From NCBI GenBank assembly GCA_963675915.1, contig OY780959.1, positions 390,001 through 422,000 on the forward strand: 32,000 nucleotides of DNA. Direction: 5' to 3'. This document shows positions 30,388-32,000 of the stretch, one piece after another. The notes beneath the pieces are model-generated. The model was not told the DNA's origin. It did not search any database and saw only the letters and a program-made list of their open reading frames with translations. The stretch is from Coprobacillaceae bacterium (GTDB lineage: Bacteria; Bacillota_I; Bacilli_A; Erysipelotrichales; Coprobacillaceae). Each line of letters starts with the position of its first letter. Position 1 is the stretch's first letter. A program made the translations under genes and the position numbers.

Positions 30388-31709
30388 TGAAAATCGTCAA
30401 CTATCTTAATCTCAAATACATCAAATACATCATGCTATGCCTCAATTTCATCGTGATAACCTACATGGGTTGGGTGATTCTTTCAACCACCAATTACGTG
30501 GTCAGCAATTCTCTGGCGACTGTCTTTTTGACCAGCATCAAGTATCTGCCTCATCGTCCGGAGATTGTCTATTTTGCTACCACGATTGCCTATTTATGTC
30601 TTTGTGTGATCATTCTCTATTTCGAGAACAGCCGGATGTCGCTGTCACGTTCGATTATGATCATTCTAGTCGAGCTGGTCATTTATTTCATTATCGCCTA
30701 TTACGTTTACTTTGGTTATACCGGTCTGATTCTGGTGATCTTCATTGATTTCATTGTCAAGATTGAAAAGAATCATAATATTCCCTGGGTCTTGGGAATC
30801 ATGTTCATCATTGCAACTTTGACCCGGTACAATGTCATTTCCGCTTTGATTGACATTCCCTCATTTGCCAATTACATCGAATTTTCACCCGATAACGGGG
30901 CTAATACGATCAACTTCATCATGAGCATTTTCGATGCAACCAATTTTTTGCTGTTCATCATCTATCTGATTATTTTCATCTCACATCAGATCATTGAAAA
31001 TGAACGGATTACCAACGAGTTGGAGATGCTCAGCAATGTCAATGTCAAATTGGAGGAGTATGCCCATATCACCGAAAAAATCGGAGAAAACAACGAACGT
31101 AAACGGTTGGCTCGGGAGTTGCATGACACTTTGGGTCACGCTTTAACCGGGATTGCGGCCGGAATTGATGCCTGCATCACTCTGATTGATATCGATGTGG
31201 AAGTGACCAAAAAACAACTCAATGTCTTGTCGAAAGTCGTTCGAACCGGGATTGGCGATGTCCGCAATTCCCTTGAAAAATTGCGTCCTGATGCCCTCAA
31301 GGAAAGCACATTGCATGAAGCCCTGGTCAAGGTAGTCGACAATTTCAAGGAAGTATCCAATATCGAAATCATTCTTGATTACAACCTGCCGGATATTGAT
31401 CTGGACAACTTGCGCGAAGATGCCATTTTTCGGACCATCCAGGAAGCAATCACCAACGCCAAACGCCACGGCAATGCAAGCCTGATCAAGATATCGATCA
31501 GTTGGATCTATGATTCGATTGTCATTGTCATCAAAGACAACGGCGTCGGTTGCGGCAAGGTGGTTGATGGCTATGGCCTCAAACAGATGAAGGAGCGGAT
31601 CCATTCTCTCAATGGGGAAATCTTCATCGAACATCAAAATGGTTTCACGCTGACAATAAAAATGAAACTGCCAAAGGAGAAAATCAATGATAAAAGTAAT
31701 GATAGCTGA
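30387..31709 (+). CDS. multi-TM sensor histidine kinase (HisKA_3 / NarL-partner type)
   Basis: H-box LARELHDTLGHALT, N-box QEAITNAKRHGNA, G-boxes DNGVGC and GYGLKQM. About 6-7 N-terminal TM segments. The ATG overlaps the upstream stop (TAATG). Confidence 0.88.
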   Translation: MKIVNYLNLKYIKYIMLCLNFIVITYMGWVILSTTNYVVSNSLATVFLTSIKYLPHRPEIVYFATTIAYLCLCVIILYFENSRMSLSRSIMIILVELVIYFIIAYYVYFGYTGLILVIFIDFIVKIEKNHNIPWVLGIMFIIATLTRYNVISALIDIPSFANYIEFSPDNGANTINFIMSIFDATNFLLFIIYLIIFISHQIIENERITNELEMLSNVNVKLEEYAHITEKIGENNERKRLARELHDTLGHALTGIAAGIDACITLIDIDVEVTKKQLNVLSKVVRTGIGDVRNSLEKLRPDALKESTLHEALVKVVDNFKEVSNIEIILDYNLPDIDLDNLREDAIFRTIQEAITNAKRHGNASLIKISISWIYDSIVIVIKDNGVGCGKVVDGYGLKQMKERIHSLNGEIFIEHQNGFTLTIKMKLPKEKINDKSNDS

Positions 31710-32000
31710 TGATCAGGAACTGATCAGGGAATCCCTGCGGATTGTCCTGTCAACCCATGATGACATCCAGATAGTTTCCACCGCCTGCAATGGCCGTGAA
31801 GTTCTTGATCTGATGAAAATCAATCCCGCCGATGTAATTCTGATGGATATCCGGATGCCTGAAATGGACGGGGTTCTGGCGACCAAGGAAGTCAAAGATG
31901 CCTATCCCGACACCCGGATCATCATCCTGACCACTTTTGACGATGATGAATATGTCTTCAGCGCCCTTAAAAACGGAGCTTGCGGCTATCTTCTCAAAGG
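31687..32000 (+). CDS. response regulator receiver domain (NarL/LuxR-type expected), truncated by the window end
   Basis: MIKVMIADDQELIRESL...VILMDIRMPEMDG...IIILTTFDDDEY. AAGGAGA RBS. Overlaps the kinase gene by 23 nt. Confidence 0.88.
   Translation, partial: MIKVMIADDQELIRESLRIVLSTHDDIQIVSTACNGREVLDLMKINPADVILMDIRMPEMDGVLATKEVKDAYPDTRIIILTTFDDDEYVFSALKNGACGYLLK

Noticed and set aside
31136-31895. Minus-strand ORFs (60-164 aa) opposite the kinase and regulator genes
   Set aside because: They are antisense to CDSs with unambiguous H-, N- and G-box and receiver motifs.
1-32000. CRISPR arrays, rRNA genes, prophage structural genes, toxin-antitoxin pairs
   Set aside because: I saw no regularly spaced short direct repeats, no rRNA-like sequence and no recognisable phage or TA gene motifs anywhere in the window.

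Overview
Low-GC bacterial chromosome segment using the standard code (TGA acts as a stop; strong GGAGG-type RBSs; lipobox lipoproteins), Firmicutes/Mollicutes-like by gene content. All homology calls are by-eye motif recognition; no searches were run. From left to right: tail of an LRR protein; an unlisted 58-aa 2x[4Fe-4S] ferredoxin; a pyruvate-kinase-like enzyme without the C-terminal domain; a molybdopterin-oxidoreductase lipoprotein with a small overlapping membrane partner; an ISL3-type transposase preceded by a zinc-ribbon ORF; a 791-aa secreted protein with an internal 191-aa tandem duplication and an SGNH hydrolase end; a macro-domain/HTH-like fusion paired with a cytoplasmic vWA protein. 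Next comes an ~8 kb block of duplicated, partly decayed membrane-protein paralogs: a 4-TM family, YhhN-like proteins, 2-TM miniproteins, a lipoprotein and a polytopic-LRR protein, with an Fe-alcohol dehydrogenase embedded. The remainder holds an XRE-cupin/membrane-protein operon divergent from a GyrI-like gene, a GAF-GGDEF cyclase, an SDR, two tandem membrane paralogs, two cold-shock genes, tRNA-Thr(GGU), a Cof-type HAD hydrolase, and a sugar-binding-lipoprotein/HisKA_3 kinase/NarL-type regulator triad. No CRISPR array or rRNA was seen. The most interesting candidates are the co-duplicated membrane cassette with frameshifted and fossil copies, and the macro-HTH plus vWA pair. I cannot show that either is a new system from sequence alone.
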